DNA of 64,000 nucleotides, taken from the NCBI GenBank assembly GCA_045538895.1, contig JAZQEH010000013.1, positions 1,496 to 65,495 of the forward strand, written 5' to 3'. A program made the translations under genes and the position numbers. Below the pieces are notes generated by a model. The model did no database searches, was not told the origin of the DNA, and saw only the letters and a list, made by a program, of their open reading frames with translations. Source of the stretch: Eubacteriales bacterium. GTDB lineage: Bacteria > Bacillota > Clostridia > Oscillospirales > CAG-272. Of the stretch, positions 1 to 9,254 are shown piece by piece. Position 1 is the stretch's first letter; each line of letters begins with the position of its first letter.

Positions 1-257
1 GCCGCCACTGCACCGGCCTTGCCTATGGCATGACCAAGCTCTTCAGGGGAAACGTCGAGGGCAAGTGCCTGCGTTTTATATGTTTTTGCCTTGTCAGTGA
101 CACGCTTTACCGAGTTTTCGGCGGCCTTTGCCGCATAAACAACAAGGGAAAGCTTATTATCACGCATGGCATCGCACACTATCGGAACTCCCGAAACTAT
201 ACGTCCCGCTTTTTTGCACATTCCGATAAGCGAAAGTGCCTTTTTAATATCCGCCAT
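1..257 (-). CDS. L7Ae/YlxQ-family ribosome-associated RNA-binding protein; C-terminal end cut by window edge
   Basis: Not in the ORF track because it is open to the edge. My translation from ATG 257-255 on the minus strand gives MADIKKALSLIGMCKKAGRIVSGVPIVCDAMRDNKLSLVVYAAKAAENSVKRVTDKAKTYK..., which is L7Ae-like. It lies directly after ylxR, as in nusA-ylxR-ylxQ-infB operons. Confidence 0.7.
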   Translation of the reverse strand, partial: MADIKKALSLIGMCKKAGRIVSGVPIVCDAMRDNKLSLVVYAAKAAENSVKRVTDKAKTYKTQALALDVSPEELGHAIGKAGAVA

Positions 258-258
258 C

Positions 259-528
259 TTATTCCTCTGTCATCGCCGCCTCAAGTGCTTCATATACCTC
301 TACAGGTATCATGCACTTGAACGCTGACTCAAGTCTGTGTGCCTTAATAGCCTTTTTAAGACATGCTACATTTTTACATATATATGCACCGCGTCCGGCA
401 GCACGGGATGTTTTGTCAAGGCTTATCTCGCCGGTGGGAGCCTTAACCACTCTCCAGAGGTCGCCCTTTGCAAAATGCTCGTTACAGCCGACGCATTTTC
501 TCTCGGGAATCTTTTTTATCTTTTCCAC
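259..528 (-). CDS. ylxR: YlxR/RnpM family (DUF448) RNA-binding protein
   Basis: 89 aa with the motifs RKCVGC...GRGAYIC typical of YlxR. It lies immediately downstream of nusA. Confidence 0.85.
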   Translation of the reverse strand: MEKIKKIPERKCVGCNEHFAKGDLWRVVKAPTGEISLDKTSRAAGRGAYICKNVACLKKAIKAHRLESAFKCMIPVEVYEALEAAMTEE

Positions 529-530
529 TT

Positions 531-1553
531 TTATGCCTTGATATCAATTCTGAATCCGGTAAGACGTGCCGCAAGACGTGCATTCTGTCCCTCTTTACCG
601 ATAGCAAGCGAAAGCTGATCAGGGTAAACGGTAACTCTTGCGCTGCGTTCGCCATCAATCTCAACGGACTGTACCTCTGCAGGTGAAAGCGCCTCGCGGA
701 TAAACTCTGCAGGATCGTCACTGTATCTTACAATGTCGATCTTCTCGCCGCAAAGCTCGTCAATAATATTGCCGATTCTTGCACCGCGATTACCGATACA
801 AGCACCGATAGCATCAACGTTTTCATCTCTGGATTCAACCGCAATCTTGGTACGGCTGCCCGCCTCACGTGCGATAGAGCGAACAAGCACGGTGCCGTCG
901 GCAATTTCGGGAATCTCAAGCTCAAACATGCGCTTTACAAGTCCTGCATGGCGACGTGAAAGGGTAACAATGTGTCCCTTTGCTTCGTGGTTTACCTCAG
1001 TGATGTAAACCTTTATGCGATCGCCAACATAGAATGTTTCACCGGGAATCTGCTCTGCCTTGATAAGAGTTGCGTTTGACGTGCCTGTATCAACAACCAC
1101 GTTTCCGCTTACTTCGTCAATCTTAACAACAGTTGCAGTAACGATTTCTTCTCTCTTGGATTCGTATTCTTTTGTAATATTTGCTCTCTCTGCCTCACGG
1201 ATACCCTGAACGATAACCTGCTTTGCGGTAAGAGCCGCAAGACGGCGGAGATTCTTTGTCTTTATCTCGATTTCACAAATGCCGCCGAGCTTATAACGTT
1301 TGTTATGCTCCTTTGCGCCCTCAAGTGTAATCTGAAGATCGGGGTCTTCTACGGTTTCAACGATTTCAAGCTGCTGGAACATTCTAACGGTTTTCTTAAC
1401 GGGATCAATAGCAACACGCACGTTGGAATTACCGTTTCTGTCACGCTTGTATGCACTGATAAGAGCAGCCTCAACCTTTTCAAGCATATATTCCTTGGAA
1501 ATACCTTTTTCTTTTTCTATAAGGTCGAGCGCATCAAAAAATTCAGAATTCAT
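531..1553 (-). CDS. nusA: Transcription termination/antitermination factor NusA
   Basis: 340 aa with an N-terminal domain, an S1 domain and two KH domains (IGACIGNRGARI, AIGKEGQNARLAARLTG). It sits in rimP-nusA context. Confidence 0.95.
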   Translation of the reverse strand: MNSEFFDALDLIEKEKGISKEYMLEKVEAALISAYKRDRNGNSNVRVAIDPVKKTVRMFQQLEIVETVEDPDLQITLEGAKEHNKRYKLGGICEIEIKTKNLRRLAALTAKQVIVQGIREAERANITKEYESKREEIVTATVVKIDEVSGNVVVDTGTSNATLIKAEQIPGETFYVGDRIKVYITEVNHEAKGHIVTLSRRHAGLVKRMFELEIPEIADGTVLVRSIAREAGSRTKIAVESRDENVDAIGACIGNRGARIGNIIDELCGEKIDIVRYSDDPAEFIREALSPAEVQSVEIDGERSARVTVYPDQLSLAIGKEGQNARLAARLTGFRIDIKA

Positions 1554-1583
1554 TTTTCTACCAAAGCCTTTCTTAAAACTATC

Positions 1584-2075
1584 TTAAAAATCGAATACCG
1601 TAGTCATTCGAGATATTTTTTTGTGTTCTATTTCATAAGTATTCTCGCCGACGGTTACGGTGACAATACCGTCATTGATTCCGCCGAGAATACCTCTGAA
1701 TGACTTCTTGCCGTCAATAGCTGCAAAAAGTTTAACCTCTACTTCTTCGCCAGCAAACGCCTCGATATGCTCTTCTGTACGGAGCACACGCTCGATGCCG
1801 GGCGAGGAAACCTCAAGGTGATAAGAATTTTCAATAGGGTCATGCTCGTCAATAACAGGGTCGATTGCACGGTGAACAACCTCGCAGTCGTCAATAGTGA
1901 TTCCGTCCTCACTGTCAATAGTGATACGAAGATACCACTCACTGCCCTCTTTAACGTACTCAACGTCCCAGAGGTAAAAGCCAAGCTGATTTACAACGGG
2001 GAGCAAAAACTCATAAACAGTTTCCGCAATGTTTTTATTACTTGCCATAACAACAAAGAAAGAGTGGCAAGCCAC
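1584..2075 (-). CDS. rimP: Ribosome maturation factor RimP
   Basis: RimP-like sequence (WDVEYVKEGSEWYLRITIDSEDGITIDDC...LEVSSPGIERVL). The GTG at 2075 has a good SD (AAGGAGAG). An alternative ATG at 2048 has no SD but gives the typical RimP length. Confidence 0.85.
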   Translation of the reverse strand: MACHSFFVVMASNKNIAETVYEFLLPVVNQLGFYLWDVEYVKEGSEWYLRITIDSEDGITIDDCEVVHRAIDPVIDEHDPIENSYHLEVSSPGIERVLRTEEHIEAFAGEEVEVKLFAAIDGKKSFRGILGGINDGIVTVTVGENTYEIEHKKISRMTTVFDF

Positions 2076-2207
2076 TCTTTTCTCTCCTTTATCCTTTTAC
2101 AAGCGTAGTTTAACATATATAATGAAAGAAATCAATAGTTTTTTGAAAATTTTATGTTATGTATAAAACTTTCGCCGCACTTTTCGCTATTTTTGGGCAA
2201 ATCTGCG

Positions 2208-2389
2208 TAATTTATTGTTTATGGGAACGATGTCGGAACCTTTTAAGGAAAGGTTCCGACACCTCCAAACCTTTTTGTAAAAAGTATTGTCTGTAGCCAC
2301 GGCTACTTATTAAATATTTTACAGTTTTTCTTTGGTTCTTTCTTCTTAAGAAAGAACGCCTTCGTTACTCTCATAAACATTAATTTATC
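2208..2389 (+). repeat. MITE-like element, shared-TIR family, core A (three hairpins)
   Basis: Ends are TAATTTATTGTTTATGGGA and TCTCATAAACATTAATTTATC, inverted relative to each other. The core is near-identical to 15893-16048 and 44726-44830. Confidence 0.8.
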
Positions 2390-2443
2390 TTATTAATTGA
2401 AAGACGTTTTTTGAACATATCTTCGGAAAGAATGCCAAAAGAG

Positions 2444-2653
2444 TTATATATTTATAATGGTTTTGGCACTGAGCCGGGGTGGCATCTCGCCGCTTTCTAT
2501 TTTGTTCAGACTCCCTATTCCGATTTCAAGAATTTTTGCCATTTTGTTTTTAGAGAATCCATAGTGCTTTCTAAGCCACAATACGTTGTATAGAAAATTT
2601 TCTTCTTCTCTTTTGTATTCTTTATTGAGTAGATTATGCTTCGTGTTTGACAT
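2444..2653 (-). CDS. Small XRE-family HTH protein, possibly frameshifted at its 3' end
   Basis: HTH-like SKNKMAKILEIGIGSLNKIESG. The ORF stops in an ATATATA run. The +1 frame continues YNSFGILSEDMFKKRLSINKIN, which looks like the missing last helix. Confidence 0.55.
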   Translation of the reverse strand: MSNTKHNLLNKEYKREEENFLYNVLWLRKHYGFSKNKMAKILEIGIGSLNKIESGEMPPRLSAKTIINI

Positions 2654-2667
2654 TTTTACCTCCTTTT

Positions 2668-2716
2668 TACATCAAAAAGATGTATTTACGAATATTTTAC
2701 ACCTGTTAGATGTAAA
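2668..2716. promoter_or_regulatory. Candidate operator palindromes between divergent XRE genes
   Basis: TACATC-N5-GATGTA at 2668-2684 and TTTACA-N9-TGTAAA at 2696-2716, both in the 123-bp divergent intergenic region. Confidence 0.35.
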
Positions 2717-2776
2717 CACCAATACAACTAATGAATGTAGAGTAAAATATTATCAATAGCAGCAAGGAGAATAAAA

Positions 2777-2980
2777 ATGTATAGAATAAGGGAATTAAGA
2801 GAAGATAACGATTTAAGTCAAGCAACTGTTGCCAAGGTGATAAAAACTACACAACAGCACTATAGCAAAATAGAAAACGGCAAGTCGGATATTAGCGGAG
2901 AAAAACTGATATTGCTTTCAAAGTTTTATAAGGTATCAACCGATTATATTCTTGGACTTTCTAAAGATACTGATTTTTAA
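2777..2980 (+). CDS. XRE-family HTH transcriptional regulator
   Basis: 67 aa, LSQATVAKVIKTTQQHYSKIENGK...STDYILGL. SD AAGGAGA lies upstream. Confidence 0.8.
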   Translation: MYRIRELREDNDLSQATVAKVIKTTQQHYSKIENGKSDISGEKLILLSKFYKVSTDYILGLSKDTDF

Positions 2981-2984
2981 AAGC

Positions 2985-3019
2985 AAAAAACGACCTCGGA
3001 AATTCCGAGGTCGTTTTTT
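2985..3019. terminator. Bidirectional intrinsic terminator
   Basis: CGACCTCGG-AAATT-CCGAGGTCG flanked by an A-run and a T-run, between convergent genes. Confidence 0.75.
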
Positions 3020-5255
3020 ACTTTATCATCTCAACTGCGATTTTTGCATCCTCGTAGGCAAGTGCTTTGAGTGACTCTATTTTCCTATGCGGAATATCCG
3101 CCTTAAGAGCATGGCTTACTCGCTCGGAGAGCTGTCCGCTTTCAAGCTCGGAAACACGCACGGGACTTTCATACCCCATGTAAGAGAGCATTGAGTCCAC
3201 CTTTTTGTCATACGACACACCTATGAGCGGCTTACCTGCGGCGGCACCGTAGATAAGCATGTGAAGCCGCATCGCAATTACTGCTTCGGCACGGGAAATA
3301 ATACCCAAAATCTCGCTTGCGGTGAGGTTTTCGAGAATTTCTCCCTTTACGCTTGCAAAGGAGTTCACCTTTTCTGAAAGCAGGCGGTCACGGCTTGATT
3401 GCATGATAAGATAAAGCGGCTTTGCGTTAAGGCTTTTTGCAATGCGGTCAACCTCGCTTGCAAAAAGAGAAGCAAAGGTGTCCTCATCCATGCCCTCGAC
3501 CTCCTCACTGCGAAGCGAGGAAAAGCTACGGAGTGACACTGCCAAAAACCTGTCTTGCGAAAAGTTTCGCATAATATAGTCGATACGCTCTGCGGTGGCA
3601 CTCTCAAGAGTGAGCGCAGGGTCGGCAGAAAGCGTGATTTTTGACGTATCAAAACCGAGTGACTTTACGTATTCAATAGACTGCGGTTCACGGAAAGAAA
3701 TTCTGTCGGTATTCTCAAGCGTATCAAGCACGTTTTTTTCATGCTTTTTCCCAAATATAGGACCGACACCGTTTGCATATACGAACACCTTGAGTCCGCA
3801 TTTCTTTGCGAGTTTTATAATAGACGTGTAATAGAAAAGCGAGCGTGACGAGGTGGTATTCTGCAATAGATTGCCGCCGCCGCTTATGAGAAGCTTTGCA
3901 TGCTTCATTTCGGTGAGCATGGCAAAAATATTGAATCTGCCTATGGCACGCACACCGTATTTTTTTGCGTTGCGGCGGGGATTTTTGCAAAAAATTGTGA
4001 TTTTTGCATCGGGAGCCGCCTTGCGTATGTTTTTAATCATTGAGTCGGCTATGGAATCGTCACCTGCGTTTTCAAAGCCGTAGTAGCCGCTTATGAGAAT
4101 GTCGCCATGCTCGTTTGGTGAGTTTGGCGAGAGCGTTTTGTACATTTTCTCATAGTCACGTGCGGTACGTGCGGCAGAAAAATCCTCAAGAATAACCTTG
4201 CGACAGTATGCACCGTATTCTTGTAAGCTACCGCCGTCAAAAAGGGCGGTTATATCACGTATAAGCTTTTCCTCGCTTACGTTTTCGCATCCTCGGCAAC
4301 AGTAGTTGGTTTTGTATGAGATCTCACGCTTTGACGCATCAAAAATACCGATATAACCCTCGTTTCCGCAAACTATGGTAGGCTTTGCACAGCTCATGGC
4401 TTCAAGTGCGGCACGGGATGCCCCCACAAATATATCGCCTGCGGCAATAAACTGAGGTGTATCGGTGCGAAGACCGGGAGTAATGATGATATCCCTTTTG
4501 TATTTTTCTTTTAGCTTTGCAGCGATTTCCTTAACGGAGGTGAGCAGATTTTTCTCTGTCTGGATAACACCGTCACCAACGATAATGATTTCAAGGTCGG
4601 GGTATTTTTCAAGCAACTTTTCAGCGGCATTTACAAGTGCAAGCTGTGCCTTGCCGCGGCTTTCGTCCATGCGGCTTATTGATACTATACGGTGCTTTGA
4701 GTCGGTAAGCTTAAACTCCTCAACGATTTTTGATGCGTCGGCATCGGGCGAAAACACCTCGGTATTTATACCGTTGACGGTGACAAAAATGTTGTCGGAG
4801 CACTGGCTGTAGTTATCAATGAGGTATTGCTTTATGTCCTCGCTTACCGCCATCTGCTTGTCGCCCCAGTTGGCGATTCTTTTCCAGAGAGCGTTGACCT
4901 TGAATACCCAGTGTGCGGTGGTTACAAAGCTGAAATCAAGCTTTTTCTGCAACATTCCGCATACAAATGCAGGTATACGTGCATGTGCATGAACAAGGTC
5001 GTATTTTTCGGTTTTTATGAGCTTTTTTAATCCGAGATACGCCTTTACAACGCTTGTGGGATTCTTGCTTGCAAGCGGCAGCGTTACGTGGCGGATGCCT
5101 GCGGCCTCAAGCATTTCTGCATATTTGCCGCCGGCAGAAGCAACCGTAACGGTATGCCCGTTTTTCTTTAATGCAACGCAAAGCTCGTAAATATGGGTTT
5201 CGGCACCGCCAAAGCCCATTTGCATGGTGGTCATTAAAATATTTAAACTTTTCAT
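3018..5255 (-). CDS. Fusion protein: GT4-type glycosyltransferase (N-terminal half) plus polysaccharide pyruvyl transferase CsaB (C-terminal half)
   Basis: N-terminal half is GT-B/GT4-like (GFGGAETHIYEL..., EAMSCAKP). C-terminal half is CsaB-like (ISGYYGFENAGDD..., LISGGGNLLQNTTSSRSLFYY, YANGVGP). Confidence 0.8.
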   Translation of the reverse strand: MKSLNILMTTMQMGFGGAETHIYELCVALKKNGHTVTVASAGGKYAEMLEAAGIRHVTLPLASKNPTSVVKAYLGLKKLIKTEKYDLVHAHARIPAFVCGMLQKKLDFSFVTTAHWVFKVNALWKRIANWGDKQMAVSEDIKQYLIDNYSQCSDNIFVTVNGINTEVFSPDADASKIVEEFKLTDSKHRIVSISRMDESRGKAQLALVNAAEKLLEKYPDLEIIIVGDGVIQTEKNLLTSVKEIAAKLKEKYKRDIIITPGLRTDTPQFIAAGDIFVGASRAALEAMSCAKPTIVCGNEGYIGIFDASKREISYKTNYCCRGCENVSEEKLIRDITALFDGGSLQEYGAYCRKVILEDFSAARTARDYEKMYKTLSPNSPNEHGDILISGYYGFENAGDDSIADSMIKNIRKAAPDAKITIFCKNPRRNAKKYGVRAIGRFNIFAMLTEMKHAKLLISGGGNLLQNTTSSRSLFYYTSIIKLAKKCGLKVFVYANGVGPIFGKKHEKNVLDTLENTDRISFREPQSIEYVKSLGFDTSKITLSADPALTLESATAERIDYIMRNFSQDRFLAVSLRSFSSLRSEEVEGMDEDTFASLFASEVDRIAKSLNAKPLYLIMQSSRDRLLSEKVNSFASVKGEILENLTASEILGIISRAEAVIAMRLHMLIYGAAAGKPLIGVSYDKKVDSMLSYMGYESPVRVSELESGQLSERVSHALKADIPHRKIESLKALAYEDAKIAVEMIK

Positions 5256-5336
5256 TTCTGCACCCGATTGTTTTAGTTTACAGTTTTATTTTAGCAAAAT
5301 AAAAACGTATAATCAAGTATAAAGATAAATTAACTA

Positions 5337-5365
5337 TTTACAATTTGGTTTACATTTGATATAAT
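5337..5365 (+). promoter_or_regulatory. Sigma-A-type promoter candidate for gdpP operon
   Basis: TTTACA, 17 nt, TATAAT, with TGn immediately upstream of the -10. Confidence 0.45.
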
Positions 5366-5422
5366 ATAATGAAACATTAAAATAGGCTAATTATCTAATC
5401 AATTTGGAAAAGGAATTTTCAG

Positions 5423-7429
5423 ATGAAAAATAAAAACAAAAATGGAATGGGCGATAAGCGTTCTTCGCTGATATCGCTGTGCATAAGCATATTTGCACTT
5501 GTTGTGTTTTTGCTTCTGTTTTCTCTTGACGTTCACATGGCGGTATGCTTTATATCGGCACTGCTGATAATGATTCTGGGAAATGCATTTTACGGCTGGA
5601 TTCTGCACCGCAGAAATAATTACAGCGATGAAAAACTCACAAGCTCACTTGGGCAGATCATGCTTGAAATGGTTATCAAAATGCAGAATCCCATGATAAT
5701 CTGCGACACCATGGGCAAAATCATCTGGCGAAATCTTGCGTTTGCCGCAGTAACCGAAAAGATAGGCTCGGTTATGGGTGTAGGTATTGATTCGATTTCA
5801 TCGGTACAGCTTGACGAGCTTGAGAAAACAGGCAGAGTTGCGGCGGAGCTTTGCGGTCACAGATATATTGTTGACATGCTCAGCTTTAAAACCGATGAGA
5901 AAAAATACTGGTTCCTCATGTTTGATGACCGTACCGAGATTGATGCATTGAATGCGAAAATTGAAAACGAGCGCAGCGTTGTTGCATATGTGGTTATCGA
6001 CAACCTTGAGGAGCTTTCGAGAATCGGTCAGGAGTCTATCAAGCACGAAATCAATACGGTTGATGAGATTCTGCGTGAGTTTGCAAATTCGGTTGACGGA
6101 ATCATCCGTGAATATGACCGTAACAAGTATCTTCTCATTATGAACCGTGCAGGACTTGCAACCTGCCGCAGAAACAATTTTGACGTGCTTGACAAAATCA
6201 GGGACGTGCGTGTCGGCGACCTCGGCATGCCCATAACCGTTTCGATAGGTATAACCGACATCGGCGACTCACTTACCGAGCGTGAGGGCGGTGCAAAAGA
6301 TGCACTTTCGATGGCACTTGCACGAGGCGGCGACCAGGTTGCATACAAGTCCGAGGACGGCATGGTGTTCTTCGGCGGCAACACCCGCCCTGTACAGAAG
6401 GTATCAAAGGTTTCCGCAAAGGTGCGCTCTGTTGAGCTTACCGCAAGAATAAACGTGGCAACAAATGTTATTATCATGGGCCACAGAAATGCCGATCAGG
6501 ACTGCTTTGGCGCATCCGTCGGCGTTGCAAGACTCGCAATGTATTGCGGTGTAAAGCCCTACATTGTTGTAGACCGTGACGATGCAAAGACACAGGATTT
6601 CATGAGCAAATTCGCAAATCTTGCAGAGTATGCAGACGTGTTTGTTGATGAAAACGAAGCAATGAGCCTTATCGAATCCGAAACTCTGCTTGTGGTTGTA
6701 GACGTAAACAACGTTGACCACATGCTGTCGGGCGGTATTGCAATCTCTGTTGACAAGGCGCTTATAATCGACCATCACAGAAAGACCGATTCACGTGTAA
6801 AGCGTGATTGGCTTGCCGAGTATATCGAGCCTTCTGTTTCGAGTGCGTCGGAGCTTGTTGCGGAAATCTTAGAGCAGTCGATAGGTGAGGGTAAACTCCT
6901 TAAGGAGGAGGCAAACGCACTTCTCGGCGGTATCATTCTCGATACCAAGCAGTTTACAAGGTCTACGGGTGCGAGAACGTTCAATGCCGCTATTTATCTG
7001 CGCAGTGCAGGTGCAAATATATATGAATCGGCGGCAGAGCTCAAGAGCGACTTTGAGGAGTTCAGAAAGCAGTCGAAGATAATGTCCGATTTGCTTATCT
7101 ACAAAAAGCGTTTTGTTATTGCCAAGGATGAGCAGTTTGGTGTTCATACCGATACGGTTGCTGCTGCAAAAGCGGCAGAGGCACTTCTTTCTATCAAGGG
7201 TGTTGATGCGGCATTTGCACTTGTCCGTCTTGGAAATGAAACATGCATTTCCGCACGTTCAAATTCACAGGTAAGCGTTCAGCTTATTCTTGAAAAAATA
7301 GGCGGCGGCGGACACCTTGACAGTGCAGGTGCAAAGAGCGACGACCCGCTTGTAGTAACTCTCGAAAAACTTAAAGCAGCCATCGATGAATACATCGAGG
7401 AAACAGACAAAAATAAGAATAATCAGTAA
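5423..7429 (+). CDS. gdpP: Cyclic-di-AMP phosphodiesterase GdpP (TM-PAS-degenerate GGDEF-DHH/DHHA1)
   Basis: Two N-terminal TM helices, DHH motif (LIIDHHRK) and DHHA1 GGGH motif ([10 protein letters not shown]). Canonical position upstream of rplI-dnaB. Confidence 0.85.
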   Translation: MKNKNKNGMGDKRSSLISLCISIFALVVFLLLFSLDVHMAVCFISALLIMILGNAFYGWILHRRNNYSDEKLTSSLGQIMLEMVIKMQNPMIICDTMGKIIWRNLAFAAVTEKIGSVMGVGIDSISSVQLDELEKTGRVAAELCGHRYIVDMLSFKTDEKKYWFLMFDDRTEIDALNAKIENERSVVAYVVIDNLEELSRIGQESIKHEINTVDEILREFANSVDGIIREYDRNKYLLIMNRAGLATCRRNNFDVLDKIRDVRVGDLGMPITVSIGITDIGDSLTEREGGAKDALSMALARGGDQVAYKSEDGMVFFGGNTRPVQKVSKVSAKVRSVELTARINVATNVIIMGHRNADQDCFGASVGVARLAMYCGVKPYIVVDRDDAKTQDFMSKFANLAEYADVFVDENEAMSLIESETLLVVVDVNNVDHMLSGGIAISVDKALIIDHHRKTDSRVKRDWLAEYIEPSVSSASELVAEILEQSIGEGKLLKEEANALLGGIILDTKQFTRSTGARTFNAAIYLRSAGANIYESAAELKSDFEEFRKQSKIMSDLLIYKKRFVIAKDEQFGVHTDTVAAAKAAEALLSIKGVDAAFALVRLGNETCISARSNSQVSVQLILEKIGGGGHLDSAGAKSDDPLVVTLEKLKAAIDEYIEETDKNKNNQ

Positions 7430-7443
7430 CGGAGGATATAGAA

Positions 7444-7893
7444 ATGAAAGTAATTCTTCTCAAGGACGTAAAGGGAACAGGTAAAGCCGGCGAAATCAAG
7501 GACGTTTCGGACGGTTTTGCCCGTAATTTCCTCATTCCTAAAGGAGCTGCAAAGGCAGCAGATGCAGGTGCTATCAGCGACCTTAAGAACAAAGAGGCGG
7601 CAAGACTGCACAAAATAGAAGTGGATAAGGCAGAAGCACGTGAACTTGCGGCACGTCTTGAGGGCATCCTTGTTAAAATCGTGGTTTCTCACGGTGCAGA
7701 CGGACGTCTTTACGGCTCAATCACATCCCAGCACGTTGCCGATGAACTTAAAAAGGTAAGCGGAATCGACATTGACAAGCGTAAAATCGTGCTTGATAAC
7801 CCCATCAAGGCATACGGTAAATATGAGATTCCTGTTAAGCTTTACGGCAGCGAGATCCAGGGTAAGATCAACGTAATCGTAACTGAAAAATAA
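7444..7893 (+). CDS. rplI: 50S ribosomal protein L9
   Basis: [32 protein letters not shown] is a classic L9 N-terminus. Confidence 0.95.
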   Translation: MKVILLKDVKGTGKAGEIKDVSDGFARNFLIPKGAAKAADAGAISDLKNKEAARLHKIEVDKAEARELAARLEGILVKIVVSHGADGRLYGSITSQHVADELKKVSGIDIDKRKIVLDNPIKAYGKYEIPVKLYGSEIQGKINVIVTEK

Positions 7894-7907
7894 GCGAGGT
7901 ATTTGAA

Positions 7908-9254
7908 TTGAACGGCGATTTTATCAGAAAAATGCCGGTAGCGATAGAGGCGGAGCAATCCGTACTCGGCTCGATCCTTATAAATCCGGAAAGCTTTGAC
8001 CGCATTGCCGGAATTATCGTATCCGACGATTTCTATCTTGAGGAGCATCGCAACATCTTTGAAACGATGAAGGAACTCTATAAAAGAAATAAGGAAATCG
8101 ACGTTGTTACACTTATTGATGCACTTGTGCGTGACGGTGTTTACGATAAAGCAGGCGGTACGGAGTATATAAAGATTATCGCAAAAACCGTTCCTACTGC
8201 TGCAAATATAGTTGACTATGCAAACATAGTAAAGGATAAGAGTGTTTTACGCAGTCTTATCAATGCCTGTGACGATATTTCCTCAGAAGCATATTCAGAG
8301 GCGGGCGAGGTAGAGCATCTGCTTGATGCGGCAGAGCAACGTATATATGAAATTGCAGACCGCCGTGCTTCAAAGAATTTTGAAGAGATCGGTGACGTTT
8401 TGCACCGCGTGTATAAGCATCTTGAACTTATTTCTAAAGATAAAAGTGCACTCAAAGGTACTTCTACAGGCTTTTCGGGAATTGACCGTGTGCTTGTCGG
8501 TATGGGCGACAGCGACCTTGTGCTTGTAGGTGCACGTCCCGGTATGGGTAAAACCTCGTTCTGTCTTAACATCGGTACAAACGTTGCAAAAGCAACGGGC
8601 AAGGCGGTTGCGATGTTTTCTCTCGAAATGTCATCCGACCAGCTTGTTCAGCGTGTGCTGTCGAGTGAGGCGATGGTCGAGAGTAACGCTCTCCGAAGCG
8701 GTAACCTCAGCGAGGAGGACTGGACAAAGCTTGCACATGCGGCAAGTGAGCTTGCCGAGTGTAAGATTCTGATTGACGATACCACAGGTCAGACAATCAT
8801 GTCGATGAAGGCTAAACTCCGCAGAGTTAAAAATCTCGGTCTTGTTATTATAGACTATCTGCAGCTCATGAATTCCGACCGCAAAATCGACAACCGTGTT
8901 CAGGAAGTTGCTGATATTTCACGTAACCTTAAAATCATGGCAAAGGAACTCAACGTTCCGATAATCTGCTGTGCACAGCTTTCGCGAGGCCCCGAATCGA
9001 GAACCGATAAAAAGCCTATGCTTTCCGACCTCCGTGACTCCGGTGCTATTGAGCAGGACGCCGACGTCGTAATGTTTATTTACCGTGATGAATACTATAA
9101 AACAGACAAGCCCGCAGGCGAGGAGCAGCAGGCGGCCAACACCGCTTCGATAATCATTGCCAAAAACCGTCACGGCGGTACGGGTGAAATCAAGGTTGGC
9201 TGGATAGGTCAGTATACAAAGTTCCGTACCATCGACAACGAAGTGGATGCGTAA
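7908..9254 (+). CDS. dnaB: Replicative DNA helicase (DnaB family)
   Basis: EAEQSVLGSILI, Walker A GARPGMGKTSF, and the RSGAIEQDAD motif. Confidence 0.95.
   Translation: MNGDFIRKMPVAIEAEQSVLGSILINPESFDRIAGIIVSDDFYLEEHRNIFETMKELYKRNKEIDVVTLIDALVRDGVYDKAGGTEYIKIIAKTVPTAANIVDYANIVKDKSVLRSLINACDDISSEAYSEAGEVEHLLDAAEQRIYEIADRRASKNFEEIGDVLHRVYKHLELISKDKSALKGTSTGFSGIDRVLVGMGDSDLVLVGARPGMGKTSFCLNIGTNVAKATGKAVAMFSLEMSSDQLVQRVLSSEAMVESNALRSGNLSEEDWTKLAHAASELAECKILIDDTTGQTIMSMKAKLRRVKNLGLVIIDYLQLMNSDRKIDNRVQEVADISRNLKIMAKELNVPIICCAQLSRGPESRTDKKPMLSDLRDSGAIEQDADVVMFIYRDEYYKTDKPAGEEQQAANTASIIIAKNRHGGTGEIKVGWIGQYTKFRTIDNEVDA

Noticed and set aside
2444-2980. The XRE pair as a sign of a prophage or toxin-antitoxin module.
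   Set aside because: There is no integrase, phage structural, replication or toxin-like ORF within several kb, and the flanking genes are core (rimP, the CsaB fusion).
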